Source: Monocercomonoides exilis PA203
Taxonomy: Eukaryota > Protista > Preaxostyla
Direction: 5' to 3'
DNA length: 64,000 nt
NCBI GenBank assembly: GCA_001643675.2
Contig: LSRY02000004.1
Span: forward strand, 1,488,001-1,552,000
In this document: piece by piece, positions 21,804 through 34,800 of the stretch
Layout: each line of letters starts with the position of its first letter
Position numbering within the stretch: the first letter of the stretch is position 1
Program-made: the position numbers and the translations under genes
Notes under the pieces: model-generated
Database searches by the model: none
What the model saw: the letters and a program-made list of their open reading frames with translations, nothing else
What the model was told of the DNA's origin: nothing

Positions 21804-24309
21804 ATGCTCTTTCCTTTTCTTCTTTGCATCAATTTACTTGAACCAGAGGTTGAAATAATACATTTTTATTGATAGCAATAACTCTGCTATTATATTTTGA
21901 ATTTTTTGTGAAAATGAATCAAACACAATTTTAGACTTATTTTTTTGAGCCCTTTGATGAGGATACACTTGGAACTCGCTGGATTCCTTCGAAATCAGCT
22001 CATTTTGATGGCACGTGGGCAATAGAGGAACGAAAAATCGAACTTTATTCTCTTGGAGCGAAAGGTATTAATTTTTGCTTTTCTAAAGTATTTTTTAATA
22101 AAATAATTATTCACTAAAAAGGTCTTGTTGCCAAAAATGCAAAAACTTATCATGGTGTAACTGCACATTTGAAAGGTGAATCGATAAACAAGAAATTTGT
22201 TGTTCAAGTTTGAGAGAATTGCGTTTTTTCTTCTAATTTTGTTGATACCGAATTTAGTTTGAGGTTAAAATTCAAGAAGAACCTTGGACATGTGGTGGTG
22301 CTTACTTAAAGATTTTTGGAAGCAATTTTGAGCAGGAATTATTTGATGAAAAAACTCGTTATATGATTATGTTCGGGCCAGATAAATGCTTTAAAATGAA
22401 TAAAGTTTCTTATCTTGATTTATTATCATATGCAATTCTATTATGACTTGAAATTTTATATCAGGTTCATTTAATTCTGCAAACCAGAAACCCCAAATCC
22501 GGTGAATGGTCGGAGCACGCGCTGGCAGACGCTCCAACAGGAAAATTTGACAATCTCACACATTTGTACACACTTGTTATTAATCCAGACGATACCTACA
22601 AAATAAAAGTGGATCAGAGAATCGTAAGTGAGGGGGATATGCACAAAAATGGGACATTTACACCTTCTTTTACGCCGAACAAGACTATTCCCGATGCAAG
22701 CGAGAGAAAGCCACGCTCGTGGGTAGATAATGAGGAGATCGACGATCCAGAAGATATAAAACCTGAGGATTGGAATGAAGAAAGCCCGCAATATTATCTG
22801 GACCCGTATGCAAAGCAGCCGGAAGGATGGCTTGAAGGAGAGCCAATATTGGTTATGGGGATGAAGCCAATGAATGTCACGGATATAGAAGAAGAAGAAG
22901 AAGAGAATGAAGGGAAAATCGAAGAGGAGGAAGAAGAAGAGGAAGAAGATGAAGACACTGAAGAAAATGAAGAAGACGAAGAAGAAGAGAGTAAAGAAGA
23001 AGAAAAAGATGAAGAATCTGATGAAGAAACTGAAAAAGAAAGCAAAGTCAAACACAAGAAAAACGATAAGAAATCTAAGGAGAACAAATCCAGCGACAAT
23101 AAGAATAGCAAGAAATCGACTTCGCAAAGGCAAAAATGGCGTCCGCCACCGCCTGATGACTGGGACGAAGAGAGAGACGGGGTGTGGCAGCCGCCTTTGG
23201 TGGTCAACCCGAAGTGCCTGAAAGGGCCCTGCGGAAGATGGCAGCCGCAGACCATTGCGAATCCAGCGTATCGAGGCAAGTATGTGCGCAAGAAGATTAA
23301 GAACCCGGCGTACAAAGGCGAGTGGAAGCCGCAGATGGTTCCGAACCCGTACTACTTTGTGCAGAAGCGGACGCTCTCGAATCTGGGGAGGATTTCTGGG
23401 GTTGGGTTCGACCTTCTGGTGGACACGGCAGATTTGATGTTTGACAACATCTACCTGGGTGACGATGAAGACGAAGCGAACGAGATTGCTGAGGAGTTCT
23501 GGCTGCCGCGGTATAAAAAGGAATATGCAGACTGGAGGCGAAGAGAAGAAATAAAGAAGGAAGCTGAGCGGTGGAAGAAATTCAAGAAGTCGTGGTTTCC
23601 GGGGAAAGCACGTGTGATTGAGGCGAAGGATTGGGAAGAGCGTATGCAGCGCTGGCCGGAAATGTCTGACTTCATTCTGAAGAGAGAGAAGGAGCTGTAT
23701 GAAGAGTGGAAAGCAGACATCACGTGGAAAGTGCGGTGGACGCGGCTCACCGACTTTCTGGACTCTTTTTCGTACAACCATCAGAGAGGGATGAAGATGA
23801 CTCTGATAATCCTTGGGGCGCTTACAGTTGTTCTGGTTGTGGTGCTGGTGATGATCATTATCCAAGAAATGAACGACAAGAAGGCGAGGAAAAAGAGGCA
23901 AGAAGACATTGAAAAGCTGAAGCAGGAGCAGGCTGAAAGGAACCGCAGGAGTCAGATGGAGAAGATGAGAAGGGAAAGAGCAGCAAAAGCAGAGCGAGAA
24001 AAAGAAAGAGAGAGGGAGAGGGAGAGGGAGATGCAGAGAGAGAGAAGAAAAATGGAAGCAGAAAAAGAAGATGAAAATGATAGTGATGTTGAGATCGTTG
24101 AGCGCGAACAGTTGGAAAAGGAGACAATGATTGAAAAGGAAAAAGAAAGAAAGGCAATTCAAAGAGAGATTAGAAAACGTATTCAAGAAAAAACTGGTAA
24201 ATCTGCTTCTGCTTCTTCCTCTTCCTCTTCTTCAACTGCTTCTTCTTCTATGTCTTCTTCATCAACAACTTCAACAAAGAAGAATATCAAAAAGGTCAAA
24301 AATGTGTGA
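21804..24309 (+). CDS. CANX: Calnexin (calreticulin family, type I ER membrane lectin); start approximate
   Basis: Spliced YFFEPFDE...RWIPS, CGGAYLK, IMFGPDKC and HLYTLVINPD. P-domain repeats IDDPEDIKPEDWNE / GEWKPQMVPNPYY, then FDNIYLG. TM segment MTLIILGALTVVLVVVLVMIII. C-terminal KVKNV is a KxKxx ER-retrieval signal. Confidence 0.92.
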
Positions 24310-24677
24310 TTTATTTATGCTATTGTTAAAGTGGCTGAATAAATTCGTCGATTTATTGCGTAATTTCACATCATTTTTATTTTAGCTGTTCAATTATCAA
24401 ATTTTTAATAATTGTTTGATTGTTTTTTAAATCACGTGCATTTCTAAGTCCATAAGAATTTTAAAAGAAAGGCTGATCCTTTTTGAAATCAAACTTTCGA
24501 TCGAGTTTTGATCAAAAATTTAATATCAATGGAATTTGTGTCAAATTTTGTTTTAACAATAGCGGTGTCATAAACAATAAGTGTTCCCTATTTCAACTCT
24601 TTTTTTTTCAAAATCCCATGTTGAACAAATTTTTGATCAAAACTCGAACGAAAGTACGTTTTCAAAAAGGATTTGCC

Positions 24678-24727
<50 letters not shown>

Positions 24728-24815
24728 AAAAAAAAATTAAAATTCAAAGAGGATAATTTTTTTATCCGGACATTTTTTTGATCCGGACAAATTTTAAAAA
24801 TTAACATATGTCTAA

Positions 24816-25059
24816 ATGGGCAATTATTTTTGTAAAGTCGCAAATGTTTAATTTTCAAACAAATCAAAAATTTCATATCTTGATCAAATTTCGGTTCTTG
24901 CTCATTCATCTTCACAAAAGCGGAGGATATTATTTGACAATGCTGTTAAACACATTCCTGTGAAGTTGCATGAGCAAGAACCGAAATTTGATCAAGATAT
25001 GAAATTTTTGATTTATTTGAAAATTAAACACTTGCGACTTTTCAAAAATAATTACCCAT
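24816..25059. mobile_element. MITE-like element A1 (~244 bp) with ~90-100 bp near-perfect TIRs, termini ATGGG...CCCAT
   Basis: Left arm 24816-24905 matches the reverse complement of 24971-25059 with ~4 mismatches; no coding capacity. Confidence 0.75.
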
Positions 25060-25642
25060 AATTTTTTGAAAAGTTCTTTTTTTTTAATTTTCAAATAAAG
25101 AAAAAATTTCATTTTTCGATCAAATTTCCATTCCCACTCACCAAATTTTGCTACCATTGAAACAAATCCTTGGCAATGTTATTTCATCCGTTAAGGCGTG
25201 ATTTCGTATGTGAAAACAGAAATTTGATCGAAATATGATATTTTTATTTTATTTAAAAAATTTAACAAAAAGAACTTAACAAAAAAATTTTGTCTTATGT
25301 AAACAAATATTCAATATGTATTCACTGCAATTTACACATCTGTGTATTAGCATATATTTCATTTATTCATATGGGGAAAAATATAGACTTTCAAGCTTTT
25401 AATACACAAAGCACAAAAAATTTCTTCACTCATGACTTCATTTCACTTTCTCAGATTTCAAAATATAGAGGATAATATAATATGTTAGCAGGAATCATTG
25501 AAAGAAATAACAATTAGCTTTGTGATTTTACATGAATGTCAAAAAATGGAACCAATTTTATTGTGTTTTTTAGTCTTATAAAGTCAATGAAAAGTGCATA
25601 ATATATAAATGAAAATGCTTGAAGCAAAATATTTTGTCCCAT
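25053..25642. repeat. Diverged MITE A copy (~25053-25297) plus unit B (25371-25642, ATGGGGAAAAAT...ATTTTGTCCCAT); composite repeated in inverted orientation at 53326-53845
   Basis: By-eye alignment gives shared CTTTCTCAGATTTCAAAATA, TGTCAAAAAATG(G)AACCA and ACAGAAATT...AACAAAA.GAACTT motifs at both loci. Confidence 0.7.
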
Positions 25643-26200
25643 TTGTTCCTCTCACTTTTTTTCAGTATTCCATTAAGAAAATAAAATATTTGATAAATTT
25701 TTTAACATAATTTTTTTTTTCAAAAATATTGATCTCAATACTCTCAAATGGAAAAAAATTTTCGAGATGATTTCAAAGATTTTATTTTTCATGCAAAAGA
25801 ACATTTCTGTTTTTCTTTAATCTCTTTGAATGTGCAAACACTCGAAGCTACACATTAACCCGTGCACTTGTCATTTTCTTTCGAAATACTCACACACATT
25901 CATATATGTGAAAGTTTCTTGTATTTTATTACACCAGATATTTTTATTCGTTCAAATTTTTAGTCCTTCACTTGAAAATGTCAAGTTTGCAGGATTTTGC
26001 ACAAGTGCGTGTTTGTGCTCAAACTTTCGAATGTTTTTTAACAAACAACTTCAATGCATTTTATTAAATTGATATCAAATTTTTATCATTTTGAAAAAAC
26101 TTTGCTCTTTTGCAGACCTCAAAAAAAGAAAGATAACGACAATAATAAACCAAAAGAAGCCAAATTTTTTGTAAAGTTTTTCTTGTTTCATTTAACTGTA

Positions 26201-27214
26201 TAGGGTCAACATTTTAATGGGACTTTTTCCCTTATTGGCACTTTTTTTGTTTTTGACTGCCAACTTTCAACAAACGTTGATTGGCTTTTTTCACTTTTAT
26301 GCAATGTTCTAACAACTTTTTAACAATTCATTACTAGTTTGTTTTATTATTTTTGTTTGTTTCTCACTGAGTTATGGCGTTTTTTTATATTTTTAAAAGT
26401 CACTTTTCACAGTGAACCAAACTTTTCCAAAAAATGTGAAATACAGTTTCATAAACTGTTAACGTTTATCTATTTGTATTTTAAATTTCAATTTCCACAT
26501 TTATTTATTTTGATACTTTTTTCTCATTTCATTTTTTCACAAACATGCAAGTATTCATATGAAAATTTCTTTGTTTTTAAAAATGAAGTCCTAAAATAAA
26601 AATATGCCACATAAAATAAACACTTTAATAATCGTTCCAACAAAAATTGGAACTTCATTATTCTCTCGTTGTCTCGAACAAGCAAATGTTACCAAAATTG
26701 AATGGTCTTTGATCAAATTTTTGTGAAGGAGACAAGTTTCAGACAACAAGAAAATTATGAAGTTCCAATTTTTGTTGGAACGATTATTAAAGTGTTTATT
26801 TTATGTGGCATATTTTTATTTTAGGACTTCATTTTTAAAAACAAAGAAATTTTCATATGAATACTTGCATGTTTGTGAAAAAATGAAATGAGAAAAAAGT
26901 ATCAAAATAAATAAATGTGGAAATTGAAATTTAAAATACAAATAGATAAACGTTAACAGTTTATGAAACTGTATTTCACATTTTTTGGAAAAGTTTGGTT
27001 CACTGTGAAAAGTGACTTTTAAAAATATAAAAAAACGCCATAACTCAGTGAGAAACAAACAAAAATAATAAAACAAACTAGTAATGAATTGTTAAAAAGT
27101 TGTTAGAACATTGCATAAAAGTGAAAAAAGCCAATCAACGTTTGTTGAAAGTTGGCAGTCAAAAACAAAAAAAGTGCCAATAAGGGAAAAAGTCCCATTA
27201 AAATGTTGACCCTA
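26201..27214. mobile_element. Foldback / long-TIR non-autonomous element: 458-bp inverted arms (26201-26658, 26757-27214), termini TA-GGGTCAAC...GTTGACCC-TA
   Basis: Arms are reverse complements (coordinates sum to 53415; the ORF track gives identical 86-aa translations on opposite strands). Imperfect extension to 26674/26741 leaves a ~66-bp unique spacer. Confidence 0.85.
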
Positions 27215-28867
27215 AATGAAAATCCCAAATAATGAATGATTTTCAGTTCCTACTCAAAACATTACACAGGAATGGATAATTAAGCAAATAGACATTTTCA
27301 TATCTTTGTTATTTCTTCTCTGGTAGAATTAAAAAGCTAGAATTAATATTTGAACAATAAACGTGAATTTCATTTTCGCAGGAAATATCAACAAATATTT
27401 TTGTTAAAGAAAAATTCTCCTTTTATTATTCGAAATCTGATAACTTTTATTCAAAATCGAAAATATTTTATTATGCATCGTAAATTCTTAATCATCAAAA
27501 ATTTTGAAAAAATTTTCAAAGTTCATACACTTTTCAGTTCATTTGATTTCAGTGAATGATCGGAGATATAAATATATTGCAATAATGAAAAAAAATTTTG
27601 GATGTTTGATTGTGTGCAATTGAGTGAATTAGAAAAAATTGAATGTTAATAAGCTCCACACATGAGCTCAGGAGATAACAAGAAAATTTTGCAAAAAAAT
27701 TGACAAAATAGGATTGCTTTTTATATTTTGTTTCATAATGGAAAAGATAGAAATTGATATCATTTATTAGAAACGAAATGTTTTTACAACGTAAGTTTAA
27801 TTTGAAACCTACAAAATAAAACATTTTCAATTTTCAAATTGAGAAAAGGATCAAAGTGTATCAATCTTTTCATAGAAAACAGTGGTTTGAAATTAAAGAA
27901 AAACATTCTCAATTAATTCACATTTGCTATTATCAACATTTATGTCATAAGAATTTCTTTTGTTTTCACTTGAAATGAAATTCTGAATTTATAAACTTCT
28001 TTTTGGATTTTGAATTAAACATCTTCGATTTCGAATTAAAGTTTTTCGAACTTGAAAAGTTTTTGGTGTATTCTTTTTGAATTGAAACCGATATGTTTAC
28101 ATTTTTTAATATCAGTTTGCGATTGAGAAGTTGAATGGCAAGTTCAAAGACATCCATAAGGATGACAAATGAGTTGATGTTGTTGAAAAGTCACAATTGG
28201 AAAATATTCGAATCGAATCATTCATTGAAGATCTTTAACGAAGCTTTCTGTTCAAAAAATCAAGTTTCGAAACAAAATAAATCATAATTCAATGATATTT
28301 CCCTCATCAATTGGTAAAAAAACACGGGCATTTTATAAACGGTCAGCTTTAATAATGTGATCATAAAAGCAAATCATTATCCAATCAGATAACGAAATAT
28401 TTGTAACCTTTGATATATAATTAACAATTAATGTTAGAAATTTATTGTTTTCTGAAGTGAATAATTGTTCATCCTCTTTGATTTTTGGGAAAAGAAGAAG
28501 AAGAAGAAGAAGAAGATGATGATGATGATGACGACGACGAAAAAGCAATAAAAAATATATATTTAATGTGTCACAAAAACTATTATTCGTTTCTGAAAAA
28601 TAGTTTCATTCCATTTTTTCTGTTGTTGCACGAATTGAAAAAAGAAGAATATCTGAATTTTCTGTCATCTGGAATTTTTTAAAATAAAATTGTATTCATT
28701 TTAAAAAATACTTTTCATCAACACTTATTCCATTGAATGGCATGACGTGCAAAAAAAATTAAATGCCTCGAATTATTAGTTTTCAAGAATTAAAACAAAA
28801 TAACTTTAGGAGTTATTCTTAATCTTGAAGTGTCACACTTCTTTCTTTTTTTTTTCGTTTCGAAATA

Positions 28868-31800
28868 TCAAGATGGAACATTCTGTTGGCCATTGTTTTT
28901 CTCTTTTTCATTGATCTTACAAATCAAACTATCATTTGTCTTATCTGATGTATTTTCAATGCAAATTGCATCAGACACAGTGAGCATCACAGCTCCCGGA
29001 GGAAAGAGCTGTATAAACTCTCTCTTCAAATGTAGAAGCGATGGACGCTCGTTCATCTTGCTCGAGAAACATATCTTTACAATTTCTTTAAGTGTTTGTT
29101 TTTGGATTGCTTCGATTTTTGGCCTCTCTCCATTCATAATCTTCTGCCCCGCCACCTCGGCCTCATACTCTCCAAACGGGATCTTCAGCGTCAAGCACTC
29201 CCACAGCATCATCCCAATTGAAAAGGCAACAGATTCCTTTGTTGCCCCCATCTTCTTGTTGATCAACAGCTCGGGCGCCTTCCACCTCAGGCATTCTTTT
29301 TTGTAATCATCCTCGTCCTCAAATGCTGAAGAGGGCAGAGAGTCATCATCATCGTCGTCGCTTGCAGATGTCACAACAGTTGATGAAGAGATAGATGATG
29401 AATCTGAATCATCAGAAGAGAAGTCGGAGCGCATGACGATGCAGATGACCATGTGCTCGGAGAACAACACAATGTGAGGACTCAGATTGGCAAGTGAAGA
29501 GAGAGGATTGTCCATCTCATCAAAGGAGTGGAGAGCAAGGTTGGCCACCCAGAACAGGATTTGGACAGCTGTATATTCTCTCTCCTGAAGCGTGCCAATT
29601 GCCATCTCTTTCTTCTCATTCCTTCCGTGAAGCAGCATGAACAATGAATCCCTCAAATCCACAATCAGTTTCTCATGAGGAGAAGAACATGCCATTGCAT
29701 CCACCAGATTCGACATCGATGAAGTGGTTGGACACAGATCCTCTCTCCGAACAAATGTGGATTCTGTGTCTGAAGTGTCTGTGGTTGAAGTGGTTGAAGT
29801 GGATGGTGATGGTGATCTCTTTCTTGTTTCCTCTTCCTCTTCCACCTTCTCCAATGCCCAATCAGGGATCTTGTCTGAATCTCTCCCCAAAATATATTCG
29901 GTGGAGCCACTTTCGGATAGAAGATGCTCTGATGACTCCGAATGTCCCAAGCTTTTCTCATACACCCTCTTCTTCATCCTCTCTTCATTCTTCTTCTCTG
30001 CTTCCCTCTCAGCTCTTCTCCACTGATCTTCTGGAGACATCTCCATCGTTACCATCTCAAATGCTTTTAGGTCCTTCTTCACTGTGTCTTCCACAATTAC
30101 CTCCAGCTCTTCTGTTCTTTTCTTTTGCTTTCTCCAACGGACAATAAATATAATCAATGCAATCAAAAGTAGTACAACAATTGCGATGCAAACAATAAAT
30201 GCCCACGAAGAGTTTGATCCTTTTTCTCCTTCAGCAAGGTTTTCATTTCCTTTTGGTTCAGATTCACTTGCATTCTTCAGAATGAATGAATTTGTAAAAG
30301 AAGGATTATCAGTAACTCCGAATAGGATATGCACACTCACTTCTATTTCATCTACACAACTACCGATTAGATTTTTTGCCACACTTCCTTCAGCTTCTCT
30401 TTCTGATAAGAATTTATTTGAATCAAAATCGTGTTTTTCAATCTCTTTCTCTTCTCCTTTCCTCTTCACAACTGAGAATGACAGATTGCATGGAACAAGA
30501 AGTATCCCTTTGAATGTCAGCTTCATTCGATCTGTCTCTTCTTTTGCTTCCACACTCTCCAGCACAGGAATAAAGAATGATGAATCCCTTTCTGAAACAA
30601 TCCCTTCAAAACTGCATCCATCATTCAGCATCCAAAATGAAGTATTATCCTTCAATCCATCTCCTCCTTTCAAACTCATCACATTCAATATTCCTGAATC
30701 TGAACAGATGATATTTCTTCTCAATGATAGATATCCTTCAATTGAGGGATTATTGTCAATGAACTCTCCTTTCTCAATTATCACATTTCCTCCACCCATT
30801 GTTATTCCACCTTCTGGTGAATTCCAGATTGTTGTGTCTTTCATCAAAACAGAACTCTTTACAACATCAACAAGAGATCCTGACCATCTGCACATCTCTT
30901 CTTCTTCATTCAAATTCTTTTCATTTCTTTCGTTTGAACTCCCATCATAAATGCAACTGTCCATTTTCACATCCGTGCAATCCTCCAATTTCATCAATTT
31001 CCCTTTTGTGGTCTTTGAGCTGACTCCGCCCATTGTGCAATTTGTCAATTGTATCGTCTTTTTCATTGACAGGCAAGATATCAAAGATTCTTCATTTCTT
31101 TTAACTGTGATATTTTCTGTATTGAAATCTTTAATTGTTAATTGATCACATTCGTTTATATCTATTAGAGAGCATTCTATTGTTGAATTGCAAATCGTTA
31201 ATGAATCAATTACTGATGAAAGCGAAGACGAAAGATGCAATGCAGATTTTTGAAGAATAAGATTTGATATTGTGCATCCATCAAGTTGTAATCCTCCTTT
31301 TTTCATATTAATGATGTGAAATGGAATGTTTGAAAAAGCAGTATTTCCTCCTTCCGTTAATTGTTTTGAGCCGAATGAACAATTCATCACTTCAAGAATC
31401 TCTCCCTCTGGTGTTACAAATGATTCATGTGAAGAGATGAAATTTGAATCAAACACAAAATTCGCTCTCAGCAATGAGACTGTTCCAGTTGTCGTTATCA
31501 ATGCCTCTCTTGTTCTTTCAATTCCTGGTTTCACTTCAACTTCACACATCTCTCTGCTCTTCGAACTCAAACTCATATCCTTCAGATTAACCTCTCCACT
31601 AATCACACTCTTTCCAACAACGAATATCAGACTCAGAATATCTGAGGTCAAATGAGCAAGGCCATGATCAATCGAGGCACATGGAAGTGTGTTTGTTCCA
31701 CACTGTTTTTCGTTTGATCCATTCACGCTGCTCACAATGATCGTGTCACTCTTATGAATCGTCACAAATCCAATAAGATCTGTGTCAACTGTATACTGGC

Positions 31801-34800
31801 ATTCATCAATTCCATATATTGCATTAATTCGTGAATAATGATTCTCTCGAAGATCAAATTGAAATTGGCTTTCATTGATCTGCGATGTGATGTTGTAGCA
31901 TTCAATGAAAATATCATTCCCCACTTTTGCTGTGTTAGCACTGAACTTCATCCCCACAAATGTGAAATCCAATTCTCCTCTTTCCTTTGCTGCTAAATAC
32001 ACTCCTCCTCCTTTTCCTGTGCTATTATTGCAGCTACAATGACTGATTGTTGAGTCAATCATCTTCATTGATCCAGATGCACAGAGCGTAAAGAATATTG
32101 CTCCTCCTTTTTCACTCGTTTCTGCTTTGTCTTCTGTGATGTTGTTCTCATTCACAACCAAACAAAAAATTTTCTCACTTTTTGACTCAAAAACGCTTGG
32201 TCCATTGTCACTTCTCTTCACTCCTGAAAATGATGATTTCTCAATCTCAATATTTGCACATTCTTCACCTCCTTCATTTATCTTTGTTGTTAATTCAGGT
32301 CCTTTGATCAGAAGAAGACATCCTTTGCTTTCATTTAACGACTCCACTCGAACATTCATCAAATGACAAGCAATCAAAGAATCGTGAACAACAAATATAC
32401 TATTTCCAACATTGCATGATTTCATTGACAAACCATTCACTTCCACACTTCCTTCAATAACATCCACAAATACACAATCAAATCCATTGTTCACTCCTGC
32501 TTCTGAATGGAATGAACATTCGCGTATCACCAAATCTCCTCCTTTGTTCGAAATTATTGTTTTGGCTGAGTTGTCAAATCCAGATGTCAGTTGCAGTTGG
32601 ATATTCCTCAATTCGAGGTGAATTTCATTTTCCATGAAATATTCCAGTTGACTTCCAATTGCTTTTTCAAAATTCAATTTGGCTTTAACATTCTCTTCTC
32701 CCACATTTACACTCTTTTTGATTAAATAATTGGACGTGTTGAACGAATCTCGAATTATTGTTGATCTTTCAATTTGAATTGTTTTCAATCCAGTCCCCAT
32801 TTCCATATTTTTAATCCCTTTCCACATTGTGAAACAAGGTTCTTCCTCACTTCCACATCTTGTAACATCAAATCCTTTTGATGAGATAAATATCTCAAAT
32901 GAGCTGTATGGTACGATGAATATGAACAAGTCTTTGTTTGAATGATGACTATCACTTCCAACAAACAAATTATTATCGCCTTTCATTGATGAATAATCAA
33001 ACTTGAATGACTCATTTGTCACAGAATTGTTGAAATCCTTTCCCAAAATGAACACATTCTTTCCAATAGATGCATTGTTGTTCGCAAATGAAACGTTTTC
33101 AAAGAGAAATGGCGTTTCATTCAAACAATTTTGACAATCCAAATACAAGAATCCTCCTTTTCCATTTGTTGTCAAAAGTGAACAAGATGATACATTTGTC
33201 GACTTGATCACTAATTCTTCATTCTCTTGAAATATCACTCTAACAACACCTCCTTCTTTGCTGCCTGTATTTTCAATGTGCGAAAAGTTGGTGTTTTCAA
33301 ACAAAAGAGAAGAAAATATCATCAATGGAGATACACCAAATGAATGCTCCACCAAAGTGCATCCTTGCATTGTGCAATTCAACAGTTTCACTTTGTATTC
33401 TCCTTCACTTTCTCCTTCATTCACATTTCCTGAGGAAAGTGAAAATAAAAATAATGAGACCGATGATTTCACATCTGAAATCGTGACAAAGTTTAATCCA
33501 ACCGTCTTCCCAGTCGATTTGATCAAGGAAAAACAAATTGTACTTTGCTTTCCTCCAACCACATTCATCGCGCAGTTCTTCATGTGCAACTCTCCATTTT
33601 GGGTGCTTGATTCGATCACTGATGTGATTGTTTTGCTAAAACTCGAAGGTACAACAATCCCAATGAACTTCATTTCTGTCGGTGATGTAGATTTCAGAAT
33701 ACATTCTTCAGATCCACTCACTTCTGTTTGGCATTCTAACTCCACAATTGTCTCAGTTCTTGCCTTCATGAACATTCCACCCACATTCACACACCCAGTT
33801 ATATTCGATTTTGAGCACAGAATTATCTCCTTTTTAACATTCAGCGTTCTCTTCAAACGCCCCATCCCATAATTCACATTCAAACATGGAGCCTTTTCCA
33901 GACCACAATACATCTTCTCTACTCCAATTACTCCATCAACAAATACAGAATCAGCTGTATATCCGTCCAAAAATATAAACAGGTCCACATACCAATTTCT
34001 AAACATTTGCGTTCTATCGCTCCCAAATACGGAGTTGTCTTTCTGAGTGATGCTTCTCATGAAGTCGAACAAGGGCTCTTTCACAGAAGCAACAAGGGAT
34101 TCGCACACAAAATACATATCTCTTCCGACACTGGCCTTGTTGCCTGAAAACACGATATTGGTGATGGAAAAGGAGGATTCTGACACTTGTGAGCCTTCAT
34201 TGAACTCGATCATGAGAGCACCGCCTCTTCCTCCAGAACTTGTATCCTCGCTCACAGAGCAGCTGGAGAAGGTGGAATCACTCACCGAAAATGCATTGTC
34301 AGAGGCAGATGAGGCGAATGAGATGCACCCGCCATTGGTGGGAGTCTGTTGGTGTTGTGGAACTGAGTCGATGCTAGTGATGGTGCAGTTGGTGAGGGAG
34401 AGGGAGAGGGCAGGGGAGGTGGAGGAGGAGAGGACACAGCTGGTGGGGGCTGCAGTGGAGGTGATGTCGGTGATGTTGGAGGAGTTGAGAGTGAGGGGTG
34501 CTGTGAGAGAGGTGAGGTGGAAGATGCTTTGGCTGTTGAGGGTGAGACTGGTGATTGCTGTGTGGTTGAGGGCGAGGGAGCCAGCAGTGAGGAAGAAGAG
34601 AGGTGTGGAGATTGATGATGAAGATGAGGTTGTTCCGGTGATAGTGGTTGTGTTGAGGCTGAGGGAAGGGGAGTTTTCAGAGAGGTGGAAGAGGATGGGG
34701 GTGATAAGATTTGTGGAGTTGTGGGCGATGGCGACTGCAGAGATTGCGAGGGAACCCTGAGTCTGTTGGAAGAGGGCAGACGAGGCAGATGGATCTGGTG

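Noticed and set aside
24683-24724. A42 run as a retroelement poly-A tail
   Set aside because: No TSD, reverse transcriptase or SINE body recognisable upstream
26339-27076. Two identical 86-aa ORFs on opposite strands
   Set aside because: By-product of the inverted repeat; Phe-rich, TTG start, no domain
27960-28700. Short ORFs with a 21-bp imperfect repeat and a GAA/GAT microsatellite, possibly a gene remnant
   Set aside because: I could not build a spliced model or recognise a domain
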